Source: a virus. Taken from it: a DNA stretch of 64,000 nucleotides. A program made the translations under genes and the position numbers. The stretch is taken from the IMG/VR virus record IMGVR_UViG_3300015371_000010, positions 1 through 64,000 of that record, one strand, 5' to 3'. Shown here piece by piece: positions 26,389 through 35,232 of this stretch; positions within the stretch are counted from its first letter, which is position 1; each line of letters opens with the position of its first letter. The notes under the pieces were generated by a model. The model was not told where the DNA came from. It saw nothing but the letters and a program-made list of their open reading frames with translations, and did no database searches.

Positions 26389-27130
26389 CCCCAACCTGGT
26401 GGTGAGCCGGCGCCATGAGGACTGGCTGACCAAGTACGACCAGCCGGTGTACTCCCAGCGGGCCCTGGCCTTCGCTCACGAGCAGCTGTCCAAGCCTGGC
26501 CGGGTGCGGATGGGCACGGTGAGCGCGAGCTCGCTGGGGGACTGTCACCGCTACCAGCAGTTCACCTACCTGGGCCTGCCCAAGCTGCCCAATGACGCCA
26601 AGACCGCGCTGAAGTTCCAGAACGGCGCGTTCATGCACCTGCGCTGGCAGATGGCTGGGCTGAGCGAGGGCTGGCTGGTCGAGGCCGAGGTGCCGGTACG
26701 CGATCGAGAGCGTGGCTTGCAGGGCACCATGGATGGTGTGCTCTATGATGAGTCAATACTTGAACTCAAGAGCATCAACGCACACGGGTTCAGCGGGGTG
26801 ATGACCTTCGGACCCAAGCACGAACACCTGTTCCAGATGGCCACCTACATGGTCTGCACGAAGCGGACCAAGGGCGTGTTCATCTACGAGAACAAGGACA
26901 CCCAGGAGTACACCGAGATCGTGGTGAACGCCGATGAGGTGCCCTTGGAAGAGGCCATGGTTCAGGCCAGAACCTTATGGCAGGGGATTGAAGCCACCAA
27001 CCTGGCCGAGCCCCTGGAGAAGTGCATCGACAGGACGGGCTGGAAGTACCAGTCCTGCCCGTTCCGTGACCGTTGTCTGGAGCTCTACACCTGGGAGGAG
27101 GCGCTCCATGCGCGTGATTCCCACGCCTGA
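26357..27130 (+). CDS. Cas4/RecB-family PD-(D/E)XK exonuclease
   Basis: SASSLGDC, G..MH, E, GTMDG, LELKS, QMATYM, YENKD, C-terminal C...CPF...C. Confidence 0.8.
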   Translation: MRFADTTKLVDPNLVVSRRHEDWLTKYDQPVYSQRALAFAHEQLSKPGRVRMGTVSASSLGDCHRYQQFTYLGLPKLPNDAKTALKFQNGAFMHLRWQMAGLSEGWLVEAEVPVRDRERGLQGTMDGVLYDESILELKSINAHGFSGVMTFGPKHEHLFQMATYMVCTKRTKGVFIYENKDTQEYTEIVVNADEVPLEEAMVQARTLWQGIEATNLAEPLEKCIDRTGWKYQSCPFRDRCLELYTWEEALHARDSHA

Positions 27131-27539
27131 CACGCCGGCGGTGATGGCGCCCAAGGCCCAGTTCAGCCGGCGACTGACCGATGTCGATGTCCTGGAGGGC
27201 CTGCCCAGCGTCGAAGAGCTGCACGACGAGCTGCTGGGTTACGCCAACATCATCCTTGGGCGTGCCGACCCACCAATGGAGATCGATGGGTTTTACTTGG
27301 ATCTGATGGAAGTGGCAGCCGCGTACTACGCGCGGGCCAAGGAGATCGACATGCTGATCCACTGGGAGGAGCAGAACCGGCGGGTGATCAGGGGGTCGCC
27401 GTACTACAAGTTCCGGACCGGTCAACTGAGGAGCTTCATCGAGATGGCCAAGATGATGGCGGAGCTGGGGAGCAGACGCCTGACTCAGGAACGGCTGCTC
27501 TCGGATCAGCGGTTCGATGCGGGGAACGGTGGTGAGTGA
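27108..27539 (+). CDS. Hypothetical protein
   Basis: ATG at 27108 with GGAGG SD. Confidence 0.7.
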   Translation: MRVIPTPDTPAVMAPKAQFSRRLTDVDVLEGLPSVEELHDELLGYANIILGRADPPMEIDGFYLDLMEVAAAYYARAKEIDMLIHWEEQNRRVIRGSPYYKFRTGQLRSFIEMAKMMAELGSRRLTQERLLSDQRFDAGNGGE

Positions 27540-27916
27540 TGAGGATCATCCCGACCCATGGTCCGGACTGGGAGCGTCGGATGGTGGAAGCCCTGGAGCG
27601 GGTGGGCTACGTCTGCCACCCACCGGGTCAGAGCTGTGTGGGTGCGGAGCATGTCTTCGCGGGGAAACAGGACACCAGCTACAGCGCCAGCGTGTACGTG
27701 GCTCCGAGGACGGGCACGCTGCGCCAGATGATCCTGATGGAGCTGCAACTGAACGGGCCCAGTACCGATGTGGAGCTGCAAGAGTCGCTGAAGCTGCATG
27801 GCAACAGCGAACGACCGCGGCGGGTCGAGCTCGTGGAGGGCGGATTCGTTCGTGACTCTGGACTGCGGCGCAAGCATCACGGTAAGGAACACATCGTGTG
27901 GGAGGCGATCAGATGA
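27536..27916 (+). CDS. Winged-helix protein
   Basis: GPSTDVEL...NSERPRRVELVEGGFVRDSG.RR...IVW. Confidence 0.7.
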   Translation: MMRIIPTHGPDWERRMVEALERVGYVCHPPGQSCVGAEHVFAGKQDTSYSASVYVAPRTGTLRQMILMELQLNGPSTDVELQESLKLHGNSERPRRVELVEGGFVRDSGLRRKHHGKEHIVWEAIR

Positions 27917-28113
27917 GCACCATGGTTGATGAGATCACCGATGCAGAGTTGCATGCCGCGATGCGAGCGAGAAAGGTCGCGGGAGAGAGGTACCTGCAGC
28001 TCGTCCTCCAGGCCAAGGAGCAAGGCTGGAGCAACTCCCGGATCGCGCGGGCAGTGGGTCTCAGCGAGGCTGCGATCCGGCTGATGCTGCTCCGACGCGA
28101 CAAGGCAGCCTGA
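27913..28113 (+). CDS. Small HTH protein
   Basis: AKEQGWSNSRIARAVGLSEAAI. Confidence 0.7.
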   Translation: MSTMVDEITDAELHAAMRARKVAGERYLQLVLQAKEQGWSNSRIARAVGLSEAAIRLMLLRRDKAA

Positions 28114-28117
28114 CCCG

Positions 28118-28855
28118 GTGAGTGCATACCGCTGGGCTCATGGGAACACCCACTTCCCGCTGATGCGGGACAAGACGATGTCGCGCTGGCAGCAGTGCGA
28201 GAACCTGATCAGCGCCCAGGCGGGCAAGGCGGTGGCGCGGGGAGTGCCCTACTTCCTGACCGTGGATCACAACGATCACAGCGGGGACAGGTTCAATCCC
28301 AAGGGCTTCCGACGTATCGGTGGGCACGGGATCGATTACATCGGGGTCAGGCTGCCTGAGGACTGGAAGCTCCAGCCCAGCGACAAGGGGCGGGCCAAGA
28401 GCGTCAGCATTCTGAACGAGAAGATGGTGCCCGGGACCATCGACAGGCATGACTTCTACGGGGCTCGGGTGCTGATCGTCTACACCGAGCAGGTCCAGCT
28501 CCGGTTCTGGCTGGTCACCGCCAACCTGGGTCGTGGTGAGCCGGTGAATGTGTTCGAGCGCAATGTGCGCCGGATCAAGCGGGCCTTCCCCAAGGAGGCC
28601 TCGTTCGGGTTCCAGGAGATCGATGAGGCTGATCGGCCGCGGGAGCATGAGGAGTTGCGCCAGGAGTTCCCCCGGGCCCGGATGGTGGGCTGGGGCACGA
28701 TGAACCCGATCGTGACCAAGAGGCTGATGGTGCGCTCGGCCCGGATCACTAAGGCCTGTGATGGCCTGGCCAGGTACACCCCGACCCGGATGCTGGCCGA
28801 GGGCGAGTTCGAGGTGAAGGGTGATATCACCAAGCGAAGTGATATCAGTGGGTGA
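28118..28855 (+). CDS. EEP-fold (endonuclease/exonuclease/phosphatase) protein, apparently circularly permuted
   Basis: NTHF, TVDHN, GIDYI and DRH come before LVTANLG and FQEI. Confidence 0.55.
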   Translation: MSAYRWAHGNTHFPLMRDKTMSRWQQCENLISAQAGKAVARGVPYFLTVDHNDHSGDRFNPKGFRRIGGHGIDYIGVRLPEDWKLQPSDKGRAKSVSILNEKMVPGTIDRHDFYGARVLIVYTEQVQLRFWLVTANLGRGEPVNVFERNVRRIKRAFPKEASFGFQEIDEADRPREHEELRQEFPRARMVGWGTMNPIVTKRLMVRSARITKACDGLARYTPTRMLAEGEFEVKGDITKRSDISG

Positions 28856-28866
28856 TATCACCAAGC
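28819..28866. promoter_or_regulatory. Triple TGATATCA palindromic operator
   Basis: GGTGATATCACC at 28820-28831 and 28851-28862, TGATATCA at 28840-28847. Confidence 0.65.
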
Positions 28867-29024
28867 AGGTCTCGCTGCGGCTGCCCGCGCACCAGCTGAA
28901 CGAGGTGGACGAGCGGGCCGAGGCGCTGGGCATCTCCCGCAACCAGTGGTTCGAGAACATGCTCGACTGGGTGCTGCTGCACACCTACACGAACGCCGCG
29001 GGTGAGGTGCAGCGCAAGGGATGA
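28848..29024 (+). CDS. Ribbon-helix-helix (CopG/Arc-like) regulator
   Basis: KQVSLRLPAHQLNEVDERAEALGISRNQW. Confidence 0.8.
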   Translation: MGDITKQVSLRLPAHQLNEVDERAEALGISRNQWFENMLDWVLLHTYTNAAGEVQRKG

Positions 29025-29031
29025 TGTGGCC

Positions 29032-30195
29032 ATGGCGGGCGAGAACCACTGGTACCACCAGAACGGCGACCTCTACACGCTGACCCAGCTGGCCAAGCTG
29101 GATGTCGGTGATGTGGTCTACCGCAAGGGCGGAGCCAGGAACAAGCTCGACCAGGCCGAGCTCAATGCCATCAAGGCCTATCTGCAGGCCAACAAGGCCC
29201 AGGCCCAGCACCAGGCCAAGTTCCCGCAGTTCGGGCACATCCACTGCTCATCGCGGTTCGACCGCTCTGCGGCTTCGCTGGAGGCGGACCTGGATGACTG
29301 GATGAGCCAGGTCGGGCTGATCACCCTGACCGAGATCAGCAACGACAACCGGGCCAACCAGATGCGGGAGAAGGGCTGGCAGTACTACAACGCCAAGGCC
29401 TCCCAGGGCCAGGACGAGTGCGGTACCGCCTGGCGGATGGACACCTGGCGTCGGGTGGCGGCCACGGTGCGCAAGCTCAACAACGAGCAGTACTACCGCC
29501 TGGACGGGAGAGTGGCCGATCCCGTGGTCAGCTCCACGGTGGTGCTCAAGCGGGCCGATACCGGGCATCGGCTGATGGTCTCGGTCACGCACATGCCCGC
29601 GCATGTGGAGGGCAGAGGTGGCTGGCGGACCACGGAGAACAAGTGGCAGGCCCGCAAGGCCGCCTACCTGAGCTCCCTGGCCAACTGGGCCACCCATGTC
29701 CAGGCCCTGGAGAACCAGTACAAGCCGGACGCCACGCTGGTGGTGGCGGACTGGAACCTCAACCTCAAGGAGGAGTGGGTCAGGGATCTGCTGCGCAACC
29801 GCTGGGGCGCGGCCTATCGGCAGGCCTGGACGCACTTCCCCACCAGTGGTGGAAGCCTGGTAGGAGGCGCCTCCGCGCCCCCAGGCGCGCCGGGCAAGGG
29901 CTATGGCGACCGAATCATCGACGGCACCCTGATCAGGGGCGTGGAGACGATCGGCGGCCCAGTGCTGATGCCACGAGTGAGCAGCTCGGATCACCGGCCC
30001 TACCGAGAGAGCTTCGAGTTCACCACCAAGGCCGGCCATCCGGGCTCAGCCGGTGCGGCTGGCGGGGATGGAGACGATGAGGCCACCGGAGACACTCACC
30101 GTGGCGACCCCTGGTGGGGCTTCGGGGACTACATGGACGACGAGATCTACCAGGTCCCGGTCACGGTGGGTGCGCCTGGAGGTGAGGTGCTGTGA
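29032..30195 (+). CDS. EEP-fold nuclease/phosphatase
   Basis: LITLTEI, SVTHMPA, VVADWN, RIIDG, SSDHRP in canonical order. Confidence 0.7.
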   Translation: MAGENHWYHQNGDLYTLTQLAKLDVGDVVYRKGGARNKLDQAELNAIKAYLQANKAQAQHQAKFPQFGHIHCSSRFDRSAASLEADLDDWMSQVGLITLTEISNDNRANQMREKGWQYYNAKASQGQDECGTAWRMDTWRRVAATVRKLNNEQYYRLDGRVADPVVSSTVVLKRADTGHRLMVSVTHMPAHVEGRGGWRTTENKWQARKAAYLSSLANWATHVQALENQYKPDATLVVADWNLNLKEEWVRDLLRNRWGAAYRQAWTHFPTSGGSLVGGASAPPGAPGKGYGDRIIDGTLIRGVETIGGPVLMPRVSSSDHRPYRESFEFTTKAGHPGSAGAAGGDGDDEATGDTHRGDPWWGFGDYMDDEIYQVPVTVGAPGGEVL

Positions 30196-30344
30196 GCGAA
30201 GAGCCATCGGTGATCGTCTACTGCGAGAACGACCATTGCCGGGTGCTGCTGTTCTCCACCAGGGCCAAGGCCACCCAGGGCGAGGTTGCGGAGCAGGAGA
30301 ACTGCCCGGGCTGCGGCCAGTTCGGACGGACCAAGGGCAAGTGA
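30192..30344 (+). CDS. Small Zn-ribbon protein
   Basis: CENDHC...CPGCG; GTGA overlap. Confidence 0.5.
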   Translation: MSEEPSVIVYCENDHCRVLLFSTRAKATQGEVAEQENCPGCGQFGRTKGK

Positions 30345-30373
30345 GGGTACTGGGTGAGGAGGAGGTGAGAGCC

Positions 30374-30649
30374 ATGGACAACGAGACGTTCCACTGGCTC
30401 ATCCTGATCGGCGTGATCGTGGTCATCGTGCTGCTGATCGTGCCCTTGGTGAGGCCCAGGCGGTGATGACATGAGCACACTGATCTGGGTGCTGATCATC
30501 GTGGTGATCGTGGTGCTGGTACTGGCCCTGTTGCGCGGCCGGTTCTAGTGCCGGCATGGCTTCCTACCGTCCTGATCATCGCCGGCGTACTGCTGGTCGT
30601 GGCCTGGGTCTTCCGTGTCCCACCGTTTCGGGGTAGAGACAAGGGATGA
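30374..30649 (+). CDS. Three tandem single-TM microproteins (30374-30466, 30471-30548, 30548-30649)
   Basis: 30, 25 and 33 aa; each is one hydrophobic helix followed by Arg; closely spaced or coupled starts/stops. Confidence 0.55.
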
Positions 30650-31179
30650 GCATCGTCGGCATCGATCTGGGCGTGCACAAGATCGCCCTGGTCTGCATCA
30701 CCACGGGTGAGCAGGAGGCCTGGCTGTACTCGGCCACCCATCTCGAGCGCGACCTCCAGCTGTCCGAGCTGGGGGCGATGGCCCATGACTTCTGCCTGCT
30801 GCACCAGGCCGATTCGGTGTGGATCGAGGACGTGATCATCGGCAACAACCGGAAGTACTCCATCGGCCTGGCTCAGACCCTGGGCGCGGTGATGGCGGAT
30901 CTGGCTCAGCTCCGGATGGGACAGGGCACCGACATCTGCACCGTGGACAACAAGACCTGGAAGAAGGCCCTGCTCGGCAACGGCAATGCCAGCAAGGATG
31001 AGATCAGGGACTACATCGATGTGAGTCAATCTGGCTATGCTCCGCAATGTGAGGGCGAGCAAGACCTATACGACGCCACCTGCATCGCCCTCTACGGACA
31101 ACAGATCCTGGATCGAGCCGCCCACCTCCAGCTACAGCCTGGACGAGTGGATTCAGAGGACGAATCAGTTCGTTCCTGA
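30646..31179 (+). CDS. ruvC: RuvC-like Holliday junction resolvase
   Basis: IVGIDLG, VWIED, WKK...GNGNASKDEI, DLYDA.CIA. Confidence 0.85.
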   Translation: MSIVGIDLGVHKIALVCITTGEQEAWLYSATHLERDLQLSELGAMAHDFCLLHQADSVWIEDVIIGNNRKYSIGLAQTLGAVMADLAQLRMGQGTDICTVDNKTWKKALLGNGNASKDEIRDYIDVSQSGYAPQCEGEQDLYDATCIALYGQQILDRAAHLQLQPGRVDSEDESVRS

Positions 31180-31660
31180 GACCGACTCCGAACGCTGGGT
31201 CAGCTACAACATCGACGACCTCTATCCCGAGTGGCAGGTGCGCGCGCACTGTCGTGGGGTGGGGGTCGCCTACTACTTCGGGGACGATGACGACCAGCCG
31301 ACCATGTCCATCAAGGCGGTACGCCGGGCCTCGAAGCTGTGCGAGGTCTGCCCGGTGTTCGTGGAGTGCCTGACCTGGGCCTTGACCACGCGCGAGGAGT
31401 ACGGGGTCTGGGCCGGCACCTCAGGGCGAGTGCGCCGGCGGATCTTCAAGATGGTGGACAATGGCGACACCACCGTGGCTGAGGTGGTTGAGAGGTTCTG
31501 CAATGGACAAGGTGACACCTATCGACTCCCCGGAAAAGCGGAGACGCAAGCCCGTGGTGACCTCGTCCCGATCCATCCGGGACAAGTCGGTGGAACTGGA
31601 GCGGATGCGGAAGGCCCGCTCGGCCTACGAGCTGGTGCTGGCGGGGAAGTCGCACTCTGA
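31037..31660 (+). CDS. whiB: WhiB-family transcription factor (start uncertain)
   Basis: W..RAHC...CEVCPV..EC..WAL...EYGVWAG. Confidence 0.9.
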   Translation: MLRNVRASKTYTTPPASPSTDNRSWIEPPTSSYSLDEWIQRTNQFVPETDSERWVSYNIDDLYPEWQVRAHCRGVGVAYYFGDDDDQPTMSIKAVRRASKLCEVCPVFVECLTWALTTREEYGVWAGTSGRVRRRIFKMVDNGDTTVAEVVERFCNGQGDTYRLPGKAETQARGDLVPIHPGQVGGTGADAEGPLGLRAGAGGEVAL

Positions 31661-32006
31661 GATCGCAGAGCTCCTGGACCTGAGCGGTGGCGACGTGGTC
31701 TGGACCATGATGACCGAGATGTTCCTCAAGGATGCTCGCCGGCTCACCGCCGCTGAGCGCCAGGAGATGCTCGGCACCGAGCTGCTCCGGCTCAACGCCC
31801 TGCAGGCCGCGGTCTGGCCGGCAGCCATGATGGGTGATCCCAAGTCCGTGGACTCGGCGGTGCGGATCATCCAGGCCCGTGCCAGGATCTCCGGGCTGGA
31901 GCAGGTCGACCCGGTGGTGCAGAAGAACCTGGTCCTGGTGATGGGGGAGAAGGAAGAGGACTACATCGCCGCGCTCAAGGCGGCTGGCGGGGACGGCGAG
32001 GATTAG
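31503..32006 (+). CDS. HTH protein, putative terminase small subunit
   Basis: AYEL..AG.S..EIA..L; EL.RLNAL....WP.A..GD.K.VD.....I..RARI.GL pattern. Confidence 0.6.
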   Translation: MDKVTPIDSPEKRRRKPVVTSSRSIRDKSVELERMRKARSAYELVLAGKSHSEIAELLDLSGGDVVWTMMTEMFLKDARRLTAAERQEMLGTELLRLNALQAAVWPAAMMGDPKSVDSAVRIIQARARISGLEQVDPVVQKNLVLVMGEKEEDYIAALKAAGGDGED

Positions 32007-32009
32007 GTC

Positions 32010-32402
32010 ATGGGAGCCGCGTACGTTCCGATCGACATCGACCAGGGCGAGGACTGGACCGGGAATGTCATCTACACCGATGACTTCGACCAGCCCTACA
32101 ACGTGATCGCTCCGTGCCGGCTGGACATCAAGTCCAAGCAGGGCGCCACCCAGCTGTCCCTGACCACGCCGGCCGATGACGAGGTGATCCCGGAGGGGAT
32201 GATCCCGGAGATCACGCTGAGCAGCGACATCGGGCTGATCCAGATCCACATCGAGGACACGGTCACCGCGGCCATGGTGCCCGGGGTCTACAACTACGAC
32301 CTGTTCGTGACCGTGAATGACGGGAACGAGTACTCGGGCAACCAGATCCAGCGGCTGATCAAGGGCGAGGTCACCGTGAACCAGAGAGTGACGGTGCTGT
32401 GA
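32010..32402 (+). CDS. Tail fibre adaptor/BppU-like protein
   Basis: IDIDQGEDW...YNYDL......RLIKG.V.V...VT. Confidence 0.6.
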   Translation: MGAAYVPIDIDQGEDWTGNVIYTDDFDQPYNVIAPCRLDIKSKQGATQLSLTTPADDEVIPEGMIPEITLSSDIGLIQIHIEDTVTAAMVPGVYNYDLFVTVNDGNEYSGNQIQRLIKGEVTVNQRVTVL

Positions 32403-32403
32403 G

Positions 32404-33093
32404 ATGGCGAACGTAGTCAGACTGGTCAACGGCGGGTCCATCCAGGTCCGCACCGGGGTGCTGCAGGGCATCGGCCCGATCGGCCCGCGTGGGGTGGCTG
32501 GCCCGCAGGGCATCGACGGTCCCCAAGGACCACAGGGCGACCAGGGCCCGATCGGCCAGATCCTGCAGCTGCAGGGCAAGTCCAACGTGGCCACCAACAA
32601 CCCGTTAGCCGCGAACACCGACAGCCTGATCGCCTTCGGCTCGGTGAGCTATGACGACCTGAGCTGCTTCACCTCCACCTCGAACATCACCCTGGTCACG
32701 CCGGGCGACTACCTGCTCAGCGCCTGGCTCAGGTTCGACGACGCCGCAGCTACCGCCCGAGAGCTGTGGTTCCAGGTCGGCAGCACCACCATCGCCAGAA
32801 CCAGCAGGATGGCCGGTAGTGGTGCTGCCTTCTATGTGGACCTGGCCAGCCAGTACCGAGCGGCGGCGGGTGAGGTGGTCAACGTGATGGCCCGCACCGG
32901 CACGGCCACGGGCGTGAGCATGGGCCAGGTGATGGTGACCAGGATCGGCTCCGGCCCGGTGGGACCGGTCGGTCCGCCTGGACCGCAGGGCTTGGTTGGT
33001 CCGCAGGGCATCCAGGGCCCGAAGGGTGACGACGGAGACGCGAACAGCGGTTTCGGCACCTACGCGGACCTGATGGCCGCCACTGGCCCCTAG
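32404..33093 (+). CDS. Collagen-repeat tail fibre protein
   Basis: Two Gly-X-Y blocks flanking a beta domain. Confidence 0.75.
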   Translation: MANVVRLVNGGSIQVRTGVLQGIGPIGPRGVAGPQGIDGPQGPQGDQGPIGQILQLQGKSNVATNNPLAANTDSLIAFGSVSYDDLSCFTSTSNITLVTPGDYLLSAWLRFDDAAATARELWFQVGSTTIARTSRMAGSGAAFYVDLASQYRAAAGEVVNVMARTGTATGVSMGQVMVTRIGSGPVGPVGPPGPQGLVGPQGIQGPKGDDGDANSGFGTYADLMAATGP

Positions 33094-33102
33094 CATCAGC
33101 CC

Positions 33103-35232
33103 ATGACCTTCGACCAGGCTCAGTCCCCCAGGCTGGGTCAACGGACACCGGTCGAGTCCACCTATGTCCGATCCTTCGATGTCACCCCAGGCAACGACAT
33201 CGCAGACCTGCTGGAGGCGGCCTGGCCCGGTCAGCTCATCCACCGGGCCGACCTGAACATCCTGCAGATCTACGACGGTGCGGCCTGGCTGGACATCGCT
33301 GGTGGCATCGCCGGCAACCGCACCTTCGTGGGCGATGAGCCCCCGACCGAGGGCCCGTTCAACATCGGGGACCTCTGGTATGACCAGAACGACGCCTACC
33401 GGGCCTACATCTGGGACGGGGACAGCTGGGAGCCGACCAAGGCCGGCGGTGGGGTGCTCACCTTCCGCCAGCCCGAGCCGCCCACCTCGGTGAACATCGG
33501 GGACATCTGGATCGACTCCGACGACAAGAACAAGCAGTACCGGGCCAACCGGGTCGGGATCAACACCATCAGCGCCGACGGGATCGAGGACGGCTGGGTG
33601 CTGGTCCGGGACACCGATATCCCGGTGGCCCTGGACACCGCGAACCGGAAGACCCGGGCCTACTACGCGCCCGGCTTCCTGGCCGATGACGACAGCGACC
33701 CGACCACGTTGGCCCCGATCGGCTGGCTGACCACAGCCCCGGACGGTGCTCCACTGACCATCGGGGACATCTGGTATCAGACCGACTACTCCAACCATCC
33801 GTGGTTCTGGGCCGGTCCGGACACCAGCGCCCCCAATGCCGGCTGGGTGGACGCGGTCGATCCGAACGTGGCCAGCAGCATCGACCTGTCCAAGCTGGCC
33901 ACCCAGGTGGAGAACCTGACCCTGACCAGCTCCTCCACCAACAACACCGCAGATACTGCGGACGGCCGGATCTCCACCTCGGACTACCGACCCGGCATCG
34001 ATGACCTGACCTACACCCAGACCCAGAAGCGACTGGACTCCTCGGTCAGCCCACCGGTGGAGATCGAGGTGCAGTACCAGGTGCCTCGGGTGGACGGCTC
34101 GATCTGGTTCACCCAGACCCGCCCGCGCGTGAACTACTGCACCAACCCCAGCTTCGAGGTCGACACCCAGTTCTGGACCAACTCGGCCTGCACCGTGGCC
34201 CGGACCACCGCACCCGATGTGCCGGCCGGGATGTGGACGCTGCAGGTGACCAACACCACCACGGCGGACCACAACGTGGCCTGGGGTGTGAGCACGCCGG
34301 CGCCGGCCTCCCAGGGTCAGGCCTGGACCGCCTCGATCTTCGCCGAGCTGATCAGCGGCAACGGCACCGGGCTGACCATCCAGCTGGTCTGGCTGGACGC
34401 CAGCAACGCGGTGCTGGCCCTGGACCAGAGCGCCCCCTTCGATCTGGTCCTCAACGCCTGGTCACCCGAGATCGCCGGCACCATCGCTGAGCCGCGGTAC
34501 TGGGTGACCGCTACGGCGCCGGCGAACACCGCTGGGGTCTACCTCCGGGTCAGCAGTCCACACGGTGCGAACGACTCCGATGTCTGGCACATGGGTGCGG
34601 CGCTGCTGGAGCCGCGCGCGGACCTGGGCCGGTACTTCGACGGCGACTCCTGGACCGTGATGGGTGGAGACGGGCACTGGCAGGGCACGCCGCATGCCTC
34701 CCGCTCCGAGCTCACCGGCGACCGGATCTTCCAGGTCTGGGAGCTGCGGGAGAGCAACTGGGTGCGCAAGTACCTCACCGACGACGCCCAGGCCCCGGTG
34801 AACGGCAGTGTGCTGGTCGGCACCATCGACGGGGAGCTGATCGCGGACAACTCCCTGACCCCGGAGAAGCAGCAGGCGGCCCTGGTCAAGGCCTACGAGG
34901 CGCTGAGCTACGGGGACCTGGTGCACATCTACAACGACCACGGCGTCTTCACCGCGCGCAAGGCCGATGCCTCGTTGGGCAAGGTCTACGAGGCGCACGG
35001 CTATGTCATCGACACCGCGGCTTCGGGCGCGAACGTACGGGTCTACCACGTCGGCTACATGGACCTGCCTGGGGTGACCCTGACCCCGGGCTCGCAGTGG
35101 CTGTCCACCACGCCCGGCAAGACCCAGACCCGGCCGCCCAATGGTCCTGGCCAGCTGATCCAGATGGTCGGCGTCGCGCCCAGTGCGCACATCCTCAACT
35201 TCGAGCCCCGGCTAGCTGTGAAGATCACCTGA
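33103..35232 (+). CDS. Minor tail protein with carbohydrate-binding-like domain
   Basis: Repeated IGD(L/I)W motifs, NYCTNPSFE, YFDGD. Confidence 0.7.
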   Translation: MTFDQAQSPRLGQRTPVESTYVRSFDVTPGNDIADLLEAAWPGQLIHRADLNILQIYDGAAWLDIAGGIAGNRTFVGDEPPTEGPFNIGDLWYDQNDAYRAYIWDGDSWEPTKAGGGVLTFRQPEPPTSVNIGDIWIDSDDKNKQYRANRVGINTISADGIEDGWVLVRDTDIPVALDTANRKTRAYYAPGFLADDDSDPTTLAPIGWLTTAPDGAPLTIGDIWYQTDYSNHPWFWAGPDTSAPNAGWVDAVDPNVASSIDLSKLATQVENLTLTSSSTNNTADTADGRISTSDYRPGIDDLTYTQTQKRLDSSVSPPVEIEVQYQVPRVDGSIWFTQTRPRVNYCTNPSFEVDTQFWTNSACTVARTTAPDVPAGMWTLQVTNTTTADHNVAWGVSTPAPASQGQAWTASIFAELISGNGTGLTIQLVWLDASNAVLALDQSAPFDLVLNAWSPEIAGTIAEPRYWVTATAPANTAGVYLRVSSPHGANDSDVWHMGAALLEPRADLGRYFDGDSWTVMGGDGHWQGTPHASRSELTGDRIFQVWELRESNWVRKYLTDDAQAPVNGSVLVGTIDGELIADNSLTPEKQQAALVKAYEALSYGDLVHIYNDHGVFTARKADASLGKVYEAHGYVIDTAASGANVRVYHVGYMDLPGVTLTPGSQWLSTTPGKTQTRPPNGPGQLIQMVGVAPSAHILNFEPRLAVKIT

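Noticed and set aside
26357-27130. Cas4-like nuclease as the adaptation module of the array
   Set aside because: It lies over 20 kb away in the replication operon, where such nucleases are common in phages; nothing links it to the array
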